This document shows, piece after piece, positions 54,004 to 54,725 of a DNA stretch of 54,725 nucleotides. Within the stretch, counting starts at the first letter, position 1. Each line of letters opens with the position of its first letter. Source of the stretch: an uncultured Alphaproteobacteria bacterium (GTDB lineage Bacteria > Pseudomonadota > Alphaproteobacteria > CAAHEQ01 > UBA3637); contig CANQKV010000001.1 of assembly GCA_947624545.1 (NCBI GenBank), forward strand, positions 1 to 54,725, written 5' to 3'. The position numbers and the translations under genes are program-made. Under the pieces are notes generated by a model. The model ran no database searches and was not told the DNA's origin. It saw nothing but the letters and a program-made list of their open reading frames with translations.

Positions 54004-54725
54004 TTAAATTGTCTCAACACAACATGTTTCCTCTTGCGGTGGCGGCGGCGGTGTAACGGAGGGTGTTACAGGCGGCGTTACAGGTGTTGGCGGTGGTGTA
54101 CAATCGCAACAGCAGTTTTTTATATCCGCTTCATAAACACAACCAGGGTGGCTTTCACAACATGTTTTTGCCTTATCGTCAGGACAACTATTGATTTCAT
54201 TGTTGTAGACCTTGTCGCAATCGCAAACGGGCGTCGTTGGCGGCGTTGTTGTGGGCGTCGGCGTTGGCGTCGGTGGCGGCGTTGTTGTGGTCGGCGTCGT
54301 TACGGGCGTTGGCGTCGGTGGCGGCGTTGTTGTCGACGGCGTCGTATCAGGAGGCGTAACAATAGGTGTTTGACCACCACACGGATGTCCATTACCACCG
54401 CAACAGATTGAACCGTCCCAAGTACCGCCATACTGCTCACAACACCGTTTGGCAGCATCATTACTGCAATGATGTTGTCCGCCGTTATGATACACAGCTG
54501 AACAATCACATGTTGTTGTCGGCGGTGTCGTCGTTGTCGGTGGCGGCGTTGTTGTCGACGGTGGCGTCGTTTCGGTCGGCGTCGGTGTCGGTGTTGGCGT
54601 CGTATCAGTCGGCGGCGGCGTTGTTGTGGTCGGCGTCGTTATGGGCGTCGGCGTTGGCGTCGGCGTCGTATCAGTCGGCGGCGGCGTCGTTGTGGTCGGC
54701 GTCGTTGTGGGCGTCGGTGTTGGCG
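54004..54725 (-). CDS. Thr/Pro-rich, Cys-module repeat protein (mucin-like), C-terminal part; the ORF is open to the window end
   Basis: The frame stays open upstream of the ORF-track start at 54495 (a GTG): ...TPPTTTCDCSAVYHNGGQHHC... Two Cys-rich modules (CDC..VY.N...C....K.CCE...) are separated by long (T/P)n linkers. Tandem 66-bp repeats lie at 54601-54725. Confidence 0.7.
   Translation of the reverse strand, partial: PTPTPTTTPTTTTPPPTDTTPTPTPTPITTPTTTTPPPTDTTPTPTPTPTETTPPSTTTPPPTTTTPPTTTCDCSAVYHNGGQHHCSNDAAKRCCEQYGGTWDGSICCGGNGHPCGGQTPIVTPPDTTPSTTTPPPTPTPVTTPTTTTPPPTPTPTPTTTPPTTPVCDCDKVYNNEINSCPDDKAKTCCESHPGCVYEADIKNCCCDCTPPPTPVTPPVTPSVTPPPPPQEETCCVETI

Noticed and set aside
53809-54411. 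A 200-aa + strand ORF rich in Arg/Cys/Trp (…RRWRRCCGRRRWRRWRR…)
   Set aside because: It is the antisense shadow of the Thr/Pro-rich minus-strand gene, because the reverse complement of ACG/CCG codons gives CGN/CGG. There is no ribosome-binding site and the composition is implausible.
49413-54725. A direct repeat of the tRNA-Gly 3' end marking the far boundary of an integrated island
   Set aside because: I could not find a second copy of the tRNA 3' segment (…GGTTCGATTCCCTTCACTCGCTCCA) downstream within the window. Island status therefore rests only on the recombinase adjacency and composition.

Overview
This window is a moderately AT-rich bacterial chromosomal segment, densely coded on both strands. 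Its gene content and synteny look alphaproteobacterial, but that assignment is an inference. The supporting features are an atpI-atpB-atpE-atpF'-atpF F0 operon, an hsp20-DUF1150 pair, a ZauP-like gene next to zapA, an ELM1-family gene, a DUF1058 SH3 gene, and CTTG-N17/18-CCTATAT heat-shock promoters.

Housekeeping blocks:
- ybaB-recR, zapA, yebC-ruvC, tatA-tatC, lptG, an lplT-aas fusion, gpsA, and dnaK-dnaJ.
- The F0 ATP synthase operon, lpxC, rimP-nusA-ylxR-infB-rbfA, htpG, nrdD/nrdG, dnaA-hsp20, tRNA-Lys(UUU) and tRNA-Gly(CCC).

Non-routine content, in the order I rank it:
1. A 1.1-kb noncoding region (52.4-53.5 kb) holds two tandem modules. Each is a conserved 133-bp head, a ~96% polypurine tract (one with a textbook G-quadruplex motif) and a GC hairpin.
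2. A tandemly duplicated AlgX/AlgJ-like O-acetyltransferase sits upstream of an MBOAT gene. One copy is interrupted by an (ATGT)13 tetranucleotide tract that puts it out of frame, which is the pattern of a phase-variable contingency locus.
3. The anaerobic ribonucleotide reductase is split. Its glycyl-radical domain is a separate 62-aa gene, with an in-frame 49-codon micro-ORF in between.
4. A NapH-NapG-like fusion polyferredoxin has an internal twin-arginine motif and lies directly upstream of tatAC and an exported flavodoxin.
5. Next to tRNA-Gly there is a serine recombinase and an operon encoding a degenerate dUTPase homologue, an SH3 protein and a GT80-type sialyltransferase.
6. A Thr/Pro-rich, Cys-module mucin-like protein with 66-bp tandem repeats runs off the window end.

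No CRISPR array, rRNA gene or transposase was seen.
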